From positions 1-64,000 of the forward strand of contig NW_019029003.1 of the NCBI RefSeq assembly GCF_002105155.1: 64,000 nt of DNA. Reading direction: 5' to 3'. This stretch comes from Lobosporangium transversale (taxonomy: Eukaryota). The notes under the pieces were generated by a model. The model was not told the origin of the DNA. It worked only from the letters and a program-made list of their open reading frames with translations, and ran no database searches. This document shows positions 25,004 through 38,749 of the stretch, in pieces (the stretch's first letter is position 1; the number at the start of each line of letters is the position of its first letter). Made by a program: the position numbers and the translations under genes.

Positions 25004-25757
25004 ATGACATCCTCTCTTAACCCTCCTGCTCTTCGCCTGCAGCAGATCAGCAACCATATCTCCAACAATGCCAATACATGTAAGGATGGGCTTTGCCTTG
25101 ATTCATAGTATAAAACAACTTGGATTTCACAACAACAATGCCGTAGGCATCACACATACATCTAACCAGCTTTCTACAACTTAGCCTCTGTCTTCCAAAA
25201 CGTCAATGCAGCGCCTGCCGATGTCATCTTTGCATTGACCTCCTCATACAAGGCCGATACCTATCCAAAGAAGGTCAATCTTGGTGTAGGAGCCTACCGT
25301 ACAGAGGAAGGCAAACCATGGGTCCTTCCTGTAGTGAAGAAGGTAAAAAGCTCGTACAACCATTGTTTTAGTTATCTGCTACGAGGGAAAAAAGAAGAAA
25401 ATATAAGCTCGATTGACTGAATAACCATGGTGATATTATCTTCACTAGGCGGAACACATTTTAGTCAACGATGACAACCTGGACCACGAGTACCTACCCA
25501 TCCTCGGATCAGAGTCCTTCCGTAAGGCTTCTGCTAAATTGATCCTTGGAGCCAATTCCAAGGCAATTATGGAAGGCCGGGTCGGTTCTGCTCAGTGCAT
25601 CTCCGGGACTGGAGCTGTTTACACCGGAGCAAGCTTCCTATCGAAACACTATCCTATCAAAGATGCAGCATGCTACATCTCAAAACCAACCTGGGGTACG
25701 TTTAGTTTCAAGGACAAAAAACATTTAGAACATTTAGTCATATGCTTCAGAATTCTC

Positions 25758-25797
<40 letters not shown>

Positions 25798-26750
25798 TTT
25801 ACACTAAGGTCCGATCCGTCCTGTTGCTCTCAGATATTCTTATAAACCAATATTCATTTCTGTCTCTTTGGCCTATACAGCATGTGCAGACACAATGTGG
25901 ACTAATCTTCTTGTTTACTCAACCATGAAAACAACTAGCAAATCATCGTGCAATTTTCGAGGGTGTCGGAATCCCCGTGCTCGAATACCCTTATTGGGAT
26001 CCTGTGACTAAGGGCCTTGATCTGAAAGGGATGCTCAACACAATGCAAACAGCACCCAATGGTTCTATTTTCTTGATTCATCCATGTGCTCATAATCCCA
26101 CAGGAGTGGATCCCACACCTGAACAATGGAAACAAATTGCAGATGTGATGGAAGCCAAGGGCCATTTCACGTTCTTTGATTGTGCGTACCAGGGCTTCGC
26201 ATCCGGTAACCTGGACAAGGATGCTTATTCTGTTCGGTATTTTGTCGAGCGTGGATTCGAGCTCTTTGTTGCACAATCATACTCCAAAAACTTTGGTCTT
26301 TATTCTGAACGGGCTGGTAATTTGGTAATCGTGAGCAAGACACCCGAGATCAAAACCAAAATTGAGTCACAGATCGCCAAGGCCCAACGAGCTGTCATCT
26401 CAAACCCACCTGCGTTTGGATCTCGAATCGTAAGCACTGTTTTGAGTGACGAAAAGTTATATGCAGAATGGGAGAAGAATCTGGCGACAATGGCGAACCG
26501 GATTATTGACATGCGCAAGGCCCTATATGATGAGTTGGTACGGCTAGGGACACCTGGCAAGTGGAACCATATTGTAGACCAGATTGGCATGTTCTCGTTT
26601 ACAGGTCTTACCACACCACAAGTGAAGGTGTTGAAAGAAAAATATCATGTTTATTTGACAGATAATGGACGTATCTCTATGGCAGGACTCAACAGCTCCA
26701 ATGTTAAGTACTTTGCACAAGCGGTTGATGATGTGGTGCGCAATCACTGA
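25004..26750 (+). CDS. AAT2: Aspartate aminotransferase, cytosolic-type (class I PLP enzyme) with N-terminal PTS2-like extension
   Basis: Exons 25004-25079, 25185-25342, 25449-25695 and 25939-26750. Motifs [63 protein letters not shown] (PLP lysine), [10 protein letters not shown]. Confidence 0.96.
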
Positions 26751-27288
26751 TTGTTCTTATTGACTTGATTACTTTGAAGATTAATAATAATAAAGCTGAA
26801 CCACTTGTCAATGGGTGACAAGGAGAATTAAGAAACCATTCATCTGAGCAATAGGATATTAAGGTATCAGGAGCCTTTTTATAATCATTCAGTTGAATAA
26901 TACAAAGAACTGTCATCATTGAAATAAATGTTTGAAGCCCCGTAGGGTCTTCATACAGATATAGTTGTCCTATTGATGAATGTAAGGAGCTTAATAGGGC
27001 CCGGGGGACAGTGTCTTTTTATACTCCCCTGGGACTGTGAATTTTTGAATGAAGTCCAAAATATGCGACATTGAAATGTGGGACATTTTGGTTTTAAAAT
27101 CATGCCAAAATTAAGAGAAGAAGTCATATTTACTCCGCTTCACCGAAGGGATTCTGGGCAGTCTGGAGCAGGAGCGAAAAAAAATAAAGGATGGCCATAA
27201 CAACCGAAAAGCACTCACAAGCAGGTGCTGCCTGGAGAAAGAGGAAAAGCTATTCCAAGACGAGAAATATGGGGACACAGGGCATGGG

Positions 27289-27322
<34 letters not shown>

Positions 27323-27654
27323 TTTTTTTCTATCTGAATTACAGAACTGCCAAGCAAAGAAAAGAGAGGCCTGCTTGGTTGTCCATGAGTATGTTGTTGT
27401 TTTGGAACAGTTGAGCTGGACGTTGCACCACCTGTTTGTAGTCTTTTTTTTTTTTTTTTTTTTTTTTTTTTCCCCTGTCTTTTGTTCTCAAGGCTTTTTC
27501 CCCCCTTTCATTAGTTTTTTGTTTCTATTTTTTTTCCTTCTAGTTGCTCGGAGTATTGCTCTTTGCACTTCCTCTCTTGCTCCTTAAACTTTTTTACTTT
27601 TCATCCCAATGCATAATATATAACTGTCATTCTCCTCTTTATTAACCTATTTCT

Positions 27655-27686
<32 letters not shown>

Positions 27687-28170
27687 GGAGATATTGCTTT
27701 ACAAAGTAAAGAAAGAAAAAAAAAAATATGAAGCCTGAGAGGAAGATCAAGTCAACCGAGTTCGGTTCTGTTTTAAACTCGAGATTGGTGTTCTTTGGTT
27801 AAGTCCGGACTTTCTACTCGTGACCATCAATCCAGCGAAGGGAAGCTCTTGCGAAATAACGCTCGTGTCCTCCTCTCTTGATGTTTGTTGTCTTTTTTTG
27901 AGATCATTGTTGCAGATGTCAACCAGCTCAAGCAAATCAAGAGACAAATGAAGGCGCGCGCAAGATTCTTCCAGACATACTATTTTAAGTTCATTGATAG
28001 TTTTGTCTATATGTTTATGAAGAAATGACCATGAATTACCACCATATTTGAACGTTCTACCTTTTAAACCTGCAATAACAGTACTTTCTTTGTTAAGGCT
28101 AATTGTTGTGATAGTTCTTTTATTATTATAGACACAAAAAATAAACAAAATTGATTATCTATTTTTTTTT

Positions 28171-31100
28171 TTAAACCAATGGGGCTTCCATGGTAACCAT
28201 GCTCAGATGATGCGAATGGGAAGGAGGTAAATGATGATGATGGCTTTGTCGAAGACCCTCAAGATCCACTTTCTGGACTTCAGCAATGGACACGATAGTC
28301 GGGCCATTGTCATAGGTCGATACGGACAGAGCACAATCGTATCCGGCTGGCGAACCCAGTGACTGCTGCTGCTGTTGCTGTTGCAACATCTGCGACTGCC
28401 ATTGAGACGGCGACTGGGACGAGAGCTGGAGCAGACTTTGGCTCAAGCTTTGCTGATGGCTGCCATAGAATTGGCTCTGGTTGTTGTTGTTATTAATGTT
28501 ACTATTATGATTTAGCGTCGTTGCATTGGATGCTGTTGCATAGGGCTCGTTACCACCCATGGAGTCGCAACCGCTATCTACTAAATCCTTCGGGATAGGC
28601 ATTAACTGAGAAGATCGTCTAGCCCTGTGGCGGCTACCGACTACGTCATTGCCCAATGGCTGTTCAGTTACTGTTACTGATGAAGACACTAAAAGCGGTT
28701 CAAAGTCTCCATCAATATCATCATCATCATCATCATCATCGATGACGGCAGCAGCAGGAACTGGGGCAACAAACGCAGAGGCAATTTTAGAATTGGCGTT
28801 ACTGCCATGATAATTGATGGTGTTGTTGTTATAGCTGTTGTTGAATATCCGGTTTGTAGATGTGGAGTGCCGGAGAACAGATGAGGCAGGAGGTGGCGTT
28901 AATGACGTTTGTCCGAAGGGCGAAAACATTGGGTCTTGGCCAAAATAATCGTCATCATCCTTATCATCTTGAAGTGTCATCTTGCGGAATCCCAACTGTT
29001 GTGGCTGAATGGGGTCTACAAGGCTTTCACGTGGGTTTCGTCCACCACTGTTTTTATTGTTGTTACTATTGCTATTGCTGTTGTCGTTGTCCTTGTTATC
29101 GTTAGATTGTGCAGTACCTGATCTAGAGACAGGTGTGACCAATCCTTTCCGCTGAATCACCGCAGCGGAATAATGGTATTGATTATGGATAATTGGGTCA
29201 GCATACATTTGTTGTTGCTGAAAATGCTGATTATATTGCATGGGAGATGGTGTGAGGGCAGAGCGGATGTGCGTTGATGGTAAAGAGATATCGCGGAAAG
29301 GCGACTCGGGCGAGGGCATATCCTTCTTCTTGGAGATACCGAACACGCCTTTCAGAATCTGTTTCATGCGACTATTACCTTTGATGCTGCTCCTAGGTTT
29401 ACTCGCAGGCGTGTCAGTACGTGCATATTCACGCCCACGTAGTGCCTCTTGTTCCTCCAGAATATCAAAGATAGGTGTTCCTCGGTTTCCAGAACGAACA
29501 TTCAAGGAGTTGAACCTAGTATGGCCCGGTCGATTAGGTTCTGATGATTTGGCTTGTTTGCCTACAACAGGCATACTATCGTGTCTCTGATGGCCTTGAC
29601 GACGAGTCAGGAACGAAAATCTGGAAGAGAATCGAGTGGATTTCTTTTCTTTCTCAACAAATGTAGGGGGTGGTGATACTAGTTGTCGTTGTTGTTGTAA
29701 AAGCTGATATTGTTGCTGATACTGTTGAGCAGGCGTCAATTGCTGATAACGATGTCGCGCTATGAGTTCGGCTTTAAATTCATCTTCCTCAGCATCGTCA
29801 CTGTCATTATCAGGATACTGCAGTTGTCGAAAGGTTCTTTGTTGTTGTACTTTTGAAAGATGGCGTTCTTGATGCCACTCAGTGTTCTGGATGACGGGCA
29901 TATATTCATAGGTAGGATATTTGTTGACAGGTAAAGATGGAGATATTGGGGAGGAAGGATTCCGCCGGAGGTGCTGAAGATCAGTGGTATCTCCATAGAG
30001 GTGGATACCTGCTAAACTGTCTGGATCTAGCTCCTCCAATTGTTGCCAATCATTTTCATGACCCATACCTGAAAAAATGGAGTCGCGATAGAGCGTTTGA
30101 TCATGATGGGTCATACTTCGAGGGAGTGCCCTTGGTAAGGCCATGCTGGGATCAAGGCCATCAGGGATACAATTAGATTGACGCCGTGATGAAGGAAGAT
30201 GATGCTGGTATAGTACAGATGACTTTGGAGGGGTTCTTTGTTGAGGACGGTAATTTGGGGAGCGAGTTTGGTATTCTTCAAAGCTGTCTTGTTTTGATTG
30301 TGTTACTTGTCGTTCTTGTTGTTGTTGTTGTTGATAATGTGGTTGTGTGGCAGGTTCGAATTGTCGATATGGGTGTTGACGGACATGTGGAGAGGAAACT
30401 TGAGAGCTGTGTAACTCAAGGGCGAGGTCAGATCTATTGTTGTTGTTGTCACTGATCGAGCTACGCCAACCTTTCTCGGCTACGCTGCGGTACACTTCTT
30501 CTTCCCCGGCAATGAGTCCTCGTTGCATCTCAACATAGGCGACGATATGCTTTAACTTTGCGTCCCTCGACTGTGGAATCTGCTGATTAGGACGGGAAGA
30601 GGGGAAGGGAGGGGGGGGAATAAAAAGAAACAAGGCAATGGACGGGGGAAAAGGAAAAAATAATAGGTTAATGATAAGAATATGATCACAAAGTCTAATG
30701 ATGCGCGAATTGGAGACCCTTGCGCTTGTTTGGTTCTTTTATACGATTAAATACATAATAACCAGAGCACTGGTTCAGGAATCTTTACATCAACGTGATG
30801 AGGTCCTAAAGGAACAGCGGAGGGACCTGCACATCCCACGCCCCATCGATTTGTTTTGCAGAGCATGTAAAATAGGCCAAATGACATTCATTTCTTTTTT
30901 AAATTAGGCGACCAGTGCGACTTGATCTGTTTTCTCCCATCTTCCTCCCCTTTCATGTTTGTCCCTTGCTTTTTATTACTGTTACCACACTCAGCCAAAT
31001 TAAAAATGGAGACACAGGGACAATGTGTGACACATGATATTGACATGAACGATAATGAGAAATGACATAAAAGATAGACTATGCCAGCCTTGGCCAACCG

Positions 31101-31511
31101 TGTCTTTTTTTTTTTTTTTTTTTTTTTTTTTGCCCATGCATGTCGTGGCAATGGAAAAGAAAGATAAAAAAAGGTGGAGACAATGCCAAAAATGCAAACA
31201 ATCATGCAAAAAAAAATCCACAAATCAAACAAGGTCGTACTATAGCACATGGTCAGTCCACAACAAAGAGACGATCGTCTTCCATAAAAAAAAAAAAAAA
31301 AAAAAAAAAAAAGGGAAAAGAAAGGCCATCTCATTTCTTTATTTTTTTTTTTTATTTTTGTTTTATAGTCCATTGAGTTGAGCTGGTTCGCATGACTTAC
31401 TGTGATGGTATGTCTGTACAAGTTAGCCTCCGTGAGAGGTGCGATCGGTGATTGGAATCTCTGCGAGACATGTCTTGACACCATGCTCGAGAATTCTGAC
31501 ACGGCAGCCAT
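28171..31511 (-). CDS. Hypothetical Gln/Asn/Ser-rich, largely disordered protein (about 840 aa)
   Basis: Exon 31511-31401 (gtaagt donor) splices in phase 0 to a cagcag acceptor at 30579/30582, followed by a 2.4-kb open exon. The only ordered-looking segment spans the junction: PLTEANLYRHTITIPQSRDAKLKHIVAYVEMQR. Confidence 0.8.
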
Positions 31512-31798
31512 GAGTTTAAAAAAAAAAGAAAAAAAGTTTATGTGTTTGGATGGCCAATGCTGAAGATGGTATATGTGCAGGTAAGGTGGTAGGGTTTATA
31601 TTATGCTTAAAAGTACAATGGTATTCACACAAGTAAATTTGTACATGTAATAAAAATGACAAGGATTGATGAGATCTGTAATGCAAAAAAAAAAAAGAAA
31701 AAAAAAAAAAAAAGTGATGGTACAAAGAGATCAGCAAGTGTAAGTGAGAAGTAAGAAGTGAAATGAGACAATGGGTGTTTCCATTGGACAGGGAAGCC

Positions 31799-31832
<34 letters not shown>

Positions 31833-34800
31833 AGAAAGAGAAGAGAGAGTGTGGGACGAATGGACTGTCAGAAATAGGGGATCAGGACAATGGTTGAAGT
31901 GTGTGGTTTGACCGTTGTAGCAGCGTAAAAAAGGTCTCAGCAAGCCATGCGATGATTGGGTAATGGTTTCGATGCTGTTTTTTATTTCCAATGTGAAGAA
32001 AAAGGGGAAGAAAAAAAAAAAGGAGTTAAAGAAGGAGTTAAAGAAGGAAGAAAAGACATGTGTTTTCCCGCCTGGGCCTTTTTGTCATGGTTTGCCTTGT
32101 TCGCATGGGAATATGTATTGTTCATTCTTAAGATCCAGAAATATACAAATACAAATCTCCATTGCTCTGCCATTTTAAAAATACAGCATGAACAATGACT
32201 CTCTTTGACTTTTTTTTTTTTTTTTTCTTTTTTTTCTTTCAGCTGTTAATAGGCAGGACGCATGCATAAATGCACGCAGGTCTTCATTTATTCATTTTGC
32301 AGCTGAAGACAGGACTACAACAAGGACAGGGATGCAGGAAGGGACCAGGATATTTCCCCCCCCCCGGCTATATTGATCATGCAGAGATAGTTTTGTAGTT
32401 GCGGATTCTCAGCTGAATGAATTCACATTGCTTTTTCATTCTGGGAATGAATCGGATTGGATTTTAATTCTTTGGCTCTATTTTGGATAAATTCGCTTTG
32501 ATTCTCAGCTCAGCATAAAATTATACCGTCTGCATTATCATGGAAAGTGTACAGCAACTGGTCTCTCTCTGTACACTCTACTCCAAGAATCAATGGAAGT
32601 AAAGGAAACTTGGACTGACAATTTGATTCAATTAAACGTTTATTTATTGCAATCACAATCCATGCGGTAATAAATAAATGAATAATGAATCTATATTTTA
32701 TCCAAAATGATTGCTACGCCTTTTTTTTTTACTCCGAGGCAGAAAGCTTGAAAGCCAGAAAGAACCAACGTTATTTTATTCCTTTTCTTTGTTCCTTTGG
32801 GCTGTGTACCGAATGTGTATTTTTCTATACTTTTGTTTAAATGTGAAGACTAAGTCTAAAAAAACAAAGAAACAAACAATAAGCAAGGGCAACACGGGAC
32901 AATGGGCTTTCATCGAAATATAAAATAAACAAAAAAGTCCATCTTGTTTACCTTCGAGTGCTCGATCGCTGTCTTGTCTTGTCATGTCATGCTTTAACAT
33001 CGCTGACATTACCCCCACAGAATGTGTAGTCTATACTGTAGATGTACAAGCGCAATATTTTTTGTCATCTTCGCCTCACTCTCTCCCTGTATCTCAATCG
33101 TACAAGAGTACAATTTCTTTTGTGCAACGAAATAAATATAAAAACTTATTAGGTTTGCATGGGGAAAAATCGATGGATCAATCCTGCTTCCCTAAGCCAA
33201 AAAAATAAAAAATAAAAAGTCAAATGAAAGGATGCTGAAAGTGATAAGGAAAAGAAAGGAGAAAAAAAAAAAAAAGGGGGGGGAAAGATGAAATGGTGAC
33301 CCGGGGTGTGGATATTTGATTCCACTCGTACCCTGCACCAATGCCCTTCCACTCTTATTCCAAAAGATACACTTTCTAGAGCTGGACCTTGTCACGCGCC
33401 GGGATATCCTACGCATTAGCGCGCATTTCTCCCAAATTGGTTCATTTATTGCGAAAGACACCTCAGTTCGAAAAATGAGAAGGATTACCATCTATAACGC
33501 ATTTAAGCAGTTTTTTTTTTTTTTTTTTTTTTTTTTATTAGCAAACTTGGGATTTTGCATATTCACGTTTTTCTTAGTAGACTTTTTCATCATTGTTACC
33601 TGGGAGCTAGATCCGAGCCTCGTTTCCCATGTTTACAAGTAGTTATGGTGGGAACTACTTTGTGCTCGGAGTAGATAAAAAAGATTATTCATGCAAGAAC
33701 CCTTTCCTCACATGAAATGTGGAAGAATTGTGGTTGTATTTCAACATTTCAAACTAAACATTCAAATTCGGTTATTTCACCAGGTGGCTGGATGCTGGAT
33801 ATGAGCAACCAACAATAACAGGAGTGGGAACATCGTAAATATATAAAAGTATATTTATATGTATATTTATATATATATATTTACACATATAACATATTCA
33901 TGTGCAGCTAAATTGCTATATACTACAGTTAATTGATTTACCAAAGTATCCTGGAACTATCATTCTTTATTGCATTTCCTCATGTGGTCGGGAACCACAG
34001 ACCGTTAATGATGGTTTTAATATAAAGCGCAATGACGAGGAATAGTTGTGCCCCCGCAATGTGTGTCCTAAATCCTTTTGCGTTGCCCATGCTGGGTTGG
34101 CAATCGTCTGATAAATGAAATGGCAATTTGTTGAGTCATTTGATGCAGCATACTGTACTGTACAGCTTGTTCCTGCTCAGAGATATCATGATTGTCCTGA
34201 TGGAGGACTATATCCCCAAACTCTGAAGTACTGATCAAACGGTGGAGACAAACAAGACATGCCTGTCTCTCTCGTGCCTACAATGATTACAGCGTAGTCT
34301 TGATTGCATCACACATCCTTATTTCATAGCGACTTGCGTCTCTTTTTAAAGGTTGTCTGCAGAATGTGCGCCTCGACTACAACGTCCAGCGCAGCAAATC
34401 AGCTCTCTCTTTTGTGTCAATTTTTTAAAGTTCTCGCTGAAACGGAAAGCCATGTGTGCAGGTCTTTTTTCTCTTTTTGGCTTTGTCTGATATGCCTTGT
34501 TTGAAAATGTCTAAAGAACCGAAGAGTTGTTTCACCAAGATTCTGGCTCCTTTCGACTTGACCAAGGATTCAGATTCAGATGAATGGCAAGGTTCTTGCA
34601 CCTTGACTCAATGAGCAAACTATAGACTATAGGCTAAAGATTACGGACAACAGTTATGCAAACATCTGTTGATGGGAGCGGGGTGATGATGCTGATGATG
34701 ATGATGGTGAGAGTTGCTTCAAACCCACGCCATCCATGAGCAAGTAGGAGATTGATCCCTATCAAAGAAAAAAGGAAAAAAAAAAAAAGATTTTTCTCAT

Positions 34801-35002
34801 GACATTTTCTTCCTCACCTTTCCTTCTGTACTGCACTACCGCAAATATACTTTGTTTTCTTTTTCTTTTTTTAAGCAACTATCGCCATCAGTTGATCGAC
34901 TTTTATTTTGTCCTTGCTGCCCTTGCTCTTCATTGCCATCACTACCACTCAAGTCAAGCAGACAATCTATTTGTTTATACTTCTATAAAATAAGAAGGGA
35001 CA

Positions 35003-35575
35003 ATGACTCAGGCAACAGGGCCATCGTCACCCCGTGCACGGGACCAACCCTCTCCTTCCCCTGCCCCACCCGCATCGTCTTCATCTCCTCAACCCTCCGA
35101 TGGAGGCGCTTCTCATCACTTTGAACACATGCCTGCTCAATATGCTGGAGCCATGGGTGGTGTTCTAGTTGTCGATCCTGTAAGCGATTTGTCAAGTAAA
35201 TTCAAATCACAACACATGCACTTCATTGATGTACTCAAGGAGAAACCTGTTTTATTTGGCTCTCATAGCATATGATGCCTCCAGGATATGTTCTCAGTCA
35301 AGTAGCTCCTCCTCGAGTCGAAGAGCCAGAGGAACCACTCTATGTCAATGCAAAGCAGGTAAAAGTCTTTTTTTTTATTACAACGGTGATTTCGTTGCAT
35401 TCCATGTCTCCATTCATTTTGATTGAAACGCACATTGTTTCCAGCGAACAAAGGCTCTTCCTGGCCGGTCTGGCGGAAAAACATTCTCAGATACCTTCCT
35501 TTTTGACTATGTTGTTTCCAAGTATTATATGAGGGTGTTCTTTTTTCTCGCGCTTTCTGGTTTTTTTTTTCCTAG

Positions 35576-35610
<35 letters not shown>

Positions 35611-36470
35611 TTTGGTCCTGCTTTGTCCTCAAAGGACGCGACCGAAAACTACAGCGAAATGATTGGCTTGCATGGTCCAGCCTATCATCGTTGGTTTTCC
35701 TTCACTTTCATTAGAGCAGACAAAAAGGATAGGGTCATGGTAGAATGTGGACACGAGTGGCAAAAAGAATAGGCATAGGGACAAATATACTCAATATCCT
35801 CCTCTTCTTTTCTTCTATCTCTTCTCTCATTGCCCTGTTCCTTTTGTTTCCTCTTTTTCTTTTTTTTTTTCTCTTAATATTTTACTTTTTCGATATCATG
35901 GCGATATATACTTGGAAAATATACTAATACTTTCTTCTTTTTTTTTTTAGTATCATCGTATCCTGAAACGAAGAGCCGCTCGAGCTAGTCTCGAGGCCGA
36001 GAACCGATTGCAACAGCGTGGCCGCAAGGTATTAAAATATCTCCACAGAGATTAATGGTGGTTCCCTACTGAACATTTTTTGCAAAAATGAAATTTCAAT
36101 TACCTTAACCTGATTTTTTTTTATTTTTTATAACAAAAAGTTCCTCCATTTGTCCCGTCATAACCATGCCATGAGACGCCCACGTGGTCCTGGAGGACGG
36201 TTCCTTACAGCAGCTGAAATTGCCGCTATGCAGGAAAAGGAACGTGCTAATGAAGACCAGAGCAGGGGCCAACAAAACGGTGACAACAATAACAACACCA
36301 ATGGTAACAATGGAAGCACTGACAACCATTCAGCCACCTCATATCAGGCCCAGCACCATAGGCAGCAACTCAAGCAAGAAGAACTATACCAGCAACAGCA
36401 GCAGCAACAACAGAAAATTCAACAGCAACCACAATACCATCAGCGCCAACCCTACAGCACTGGGGTATAA
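35003..36470 (+). CDS. HAP2: CCAAT-binding factor subunit HAP2 / NF-YA
   Basis: Exons 35003-35179, 35269-35358, 35951-36028 and 36141-36470 give EEPLYVNAKQYHRILKRRAARASLE...GRKFLHLSRHNHAMRRPRGPGGRFLT and a Gln-rich tail. Confidence 0.95.
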
Positions 36471-37494
36471 ATCAATAACGTCATTTTCTTTCTTTCTCTT
36501 TTTTTTTCTTTTTTTTTTTTTTTTTTTCTTTTTTTCTTTTCCCTCTCTCCAACCGACGAGGAGGTTCGAGGAGAGGACCCATATAAATATCAGGCTTTCT
36601 TCTACAATTTGCCAATACACGTTCCTCATCTCTTATTTTATTTATTTCAAGGGCACCTTGCTCTCTGCATTATATTCATATTCACTAGTGTAATTAAAGC
36701 AATTCAAAAAAAAAAAAAAAAAAAAAAAAAAAAGATGAAGAATTTACCTACAACCTACCAGAGTAAGCTTGTTTTGAGAAGAATATGATGGATGGACGGG
36801 CTCGGTCTATCGCCGGATCAAATGATCCGGAAAGCACTTCCAAGTGCGAATTAAATCCGCCGACTCGATCTAATGGTGTACAACTCCTACCTAACCAACG
36901 AGCAATAATAATAAAAACAACCTACGCTCAAGCGCACGCATCTTATTTTCCAGATTGCCACTGAAGGCTCCCCTCTAGTCTTCTATCCTTGGATTTGAAA
37001 TAAGGAAAGTTCTTTCCATGAGGTTATGTTCTGATTGAAGTATTTTGTGCTGACTCCTCAAAAGGAACTAGTCAATCTTTCAAGATTATGAAGAAAGAAC
37101 CAAAGAAATTAGATGTCCAGTATCAGTTAGCATGTCAAATGCGCAAAGAGCAAGATCAAGTGAATGAGCAATCAGAGAAAGTTTGCTTATTCATTGACAT
37201 GATTTGACCGCACTATGAAGAATATATAGATCTGCCAGTGCTTTCTTGCATTATGGTGCCCGGGTTCCTTCCCATCTTCAAGTATGCAGTGGAAGACTAG
37301 GCGCGAGGTTATTAAACCGCCAGTAGCATGTAGAATAAAAACATCCAACTTTGCTTTACATTGCCATTACTTCTTTTAGATGCTTGATAATTATCCACCT
37401 AGCAATTCGACCTTTAGCTGGCTGAATTTATTTGTATTGTCAATCACTCTCTCTTTCTCATCCTCCTTGTCTTAAATGTAACCAAATCGACTCT

Positions 37495-37497
37495 TTA

Positions 37498-37532
<35 letters not shown>

Positions 37533-37953
37533 CATTAATTAGAGAATGCAATCTTGGTGTTAATATGATATTAGTTTTAGGAAATAATTGTATTGTCACC
37601 TCAACTGGATTAAAGAGTAAATAACCAGCGATTCCTTCAAATACGTATCCACTTATTGGAGCAATTTCATCCCTTGGATCAGTGCAATAAAAGTGAACAA
37701 CATTTTCATTTGGCCACCAACGAAGCAAAGGAGTTGCTTCTCTAAGCGGATTCCGATAGATATAGCCAGCAATGCCCTTGTAATCATATTCGTTTGATGA
37801 AGGAGCGGAAGAAGACTCATGATATAAGAGGTCGTCGTGGTTTATAGTAATGGTATCCGCGAACTTTTCAGGATACAGGTATCCCGTAATGCCTTTGAGA
37901 GCGTATTCAGAATCAGACATTTCCTTTGGATCAGAAGTATAGAAATGATTCAT
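37495..37953 (-). pseudogene. HFYT-repeat (DUF5648-like) protein fragment, probably degenerate
   Basis: Three imperfect repeats: HFYTSDPKE..YALKGITGYLYP; a damaged unit ..YDYKGIAGYIY; and PLLRWW..HFYCTDPRDE..GYVFEGIAGYLL. An in-frame stop lies just upstream and the frame decays into poly(T). Confidence 0.55.
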
Positions 37954-38162
37954 ATCTCTAGGCTATGAGTTTGTAACAAATTTCGTCCTTTAATCCACAG
38001 CCTTTTTGAACACGAGGCGAGGATCAAGAAAAAATATCCACGTGACATTTGGCCGCTTTTGCTCTGTAATCTGTAATTAAAGTGACTGGAGACAAACAGT
38101 TGTGCGCATGTCATCGAGGGGCTACAACGGAAGAACTCAATACCCTGTTCCCCTCCCCCCCC

Positions 38163-38195
<33 letters not shown>

Positions 38196-38718
38196 AAGCC
38201 ATGATCAATCGATCAAGCACGATAGCTGGACAGGTAGTGATAATGAAGCACAGGTTGAGTACTAGAAGTATTAAAGAACGTATTAAGTTACGGATCAGAA
38301 GGCAAGTTTGCGCAGCATCAATTTTGAGCTGTTGTGGTCAACTTTTTATTTTTATTTTTTTCCTTTTTGGCTTGAAAGCTAGATGACGCAGATTCGGTCA
38401 TCGAGCATGAATGCCACTGTACTGGGCTTAATTAAATTGGGCGCTTCTGATCCTAATTGGGGAAGAAGACGGTTCCTGCAAAGAAACATTGAATCAAAGT
38501 GTAGTTTCACAATTGGGCGCGTATGCTAGATGTATCTATTAATGTTGTTGTTGCTATTGCTGTTATTGTAGTGATAGTGATAAACTTGATCCGGTTTAGT
38601 TGGGGTTGAAAAGTCAGTTGATATTTACCTTTGTACAATTTGTAGGGTGCTTGAGACCGTCAGATTATTATTGAAAATATAAAGTAATAAATGATGCATT
38701 AGTGGCAACTTTTGTATG

Positions 38719-38749
<31 letters not shown>

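Noticed and set aside
25131..25184. ATG in good context (acaacaATG, 25138) inside AAT intron 1 as the start of a cytosolic isoform
   Set aside because: Unspliced it reads ATG CCG TAG. Splicing from the gtaggc donor to either downstream AG is out of frame.
27747..28148. 133-aa minus-strand ORF downstream of the Gln-rich gene
   Set aside because: Non-ATG start, no motif, and located in the probable 3' UTR.
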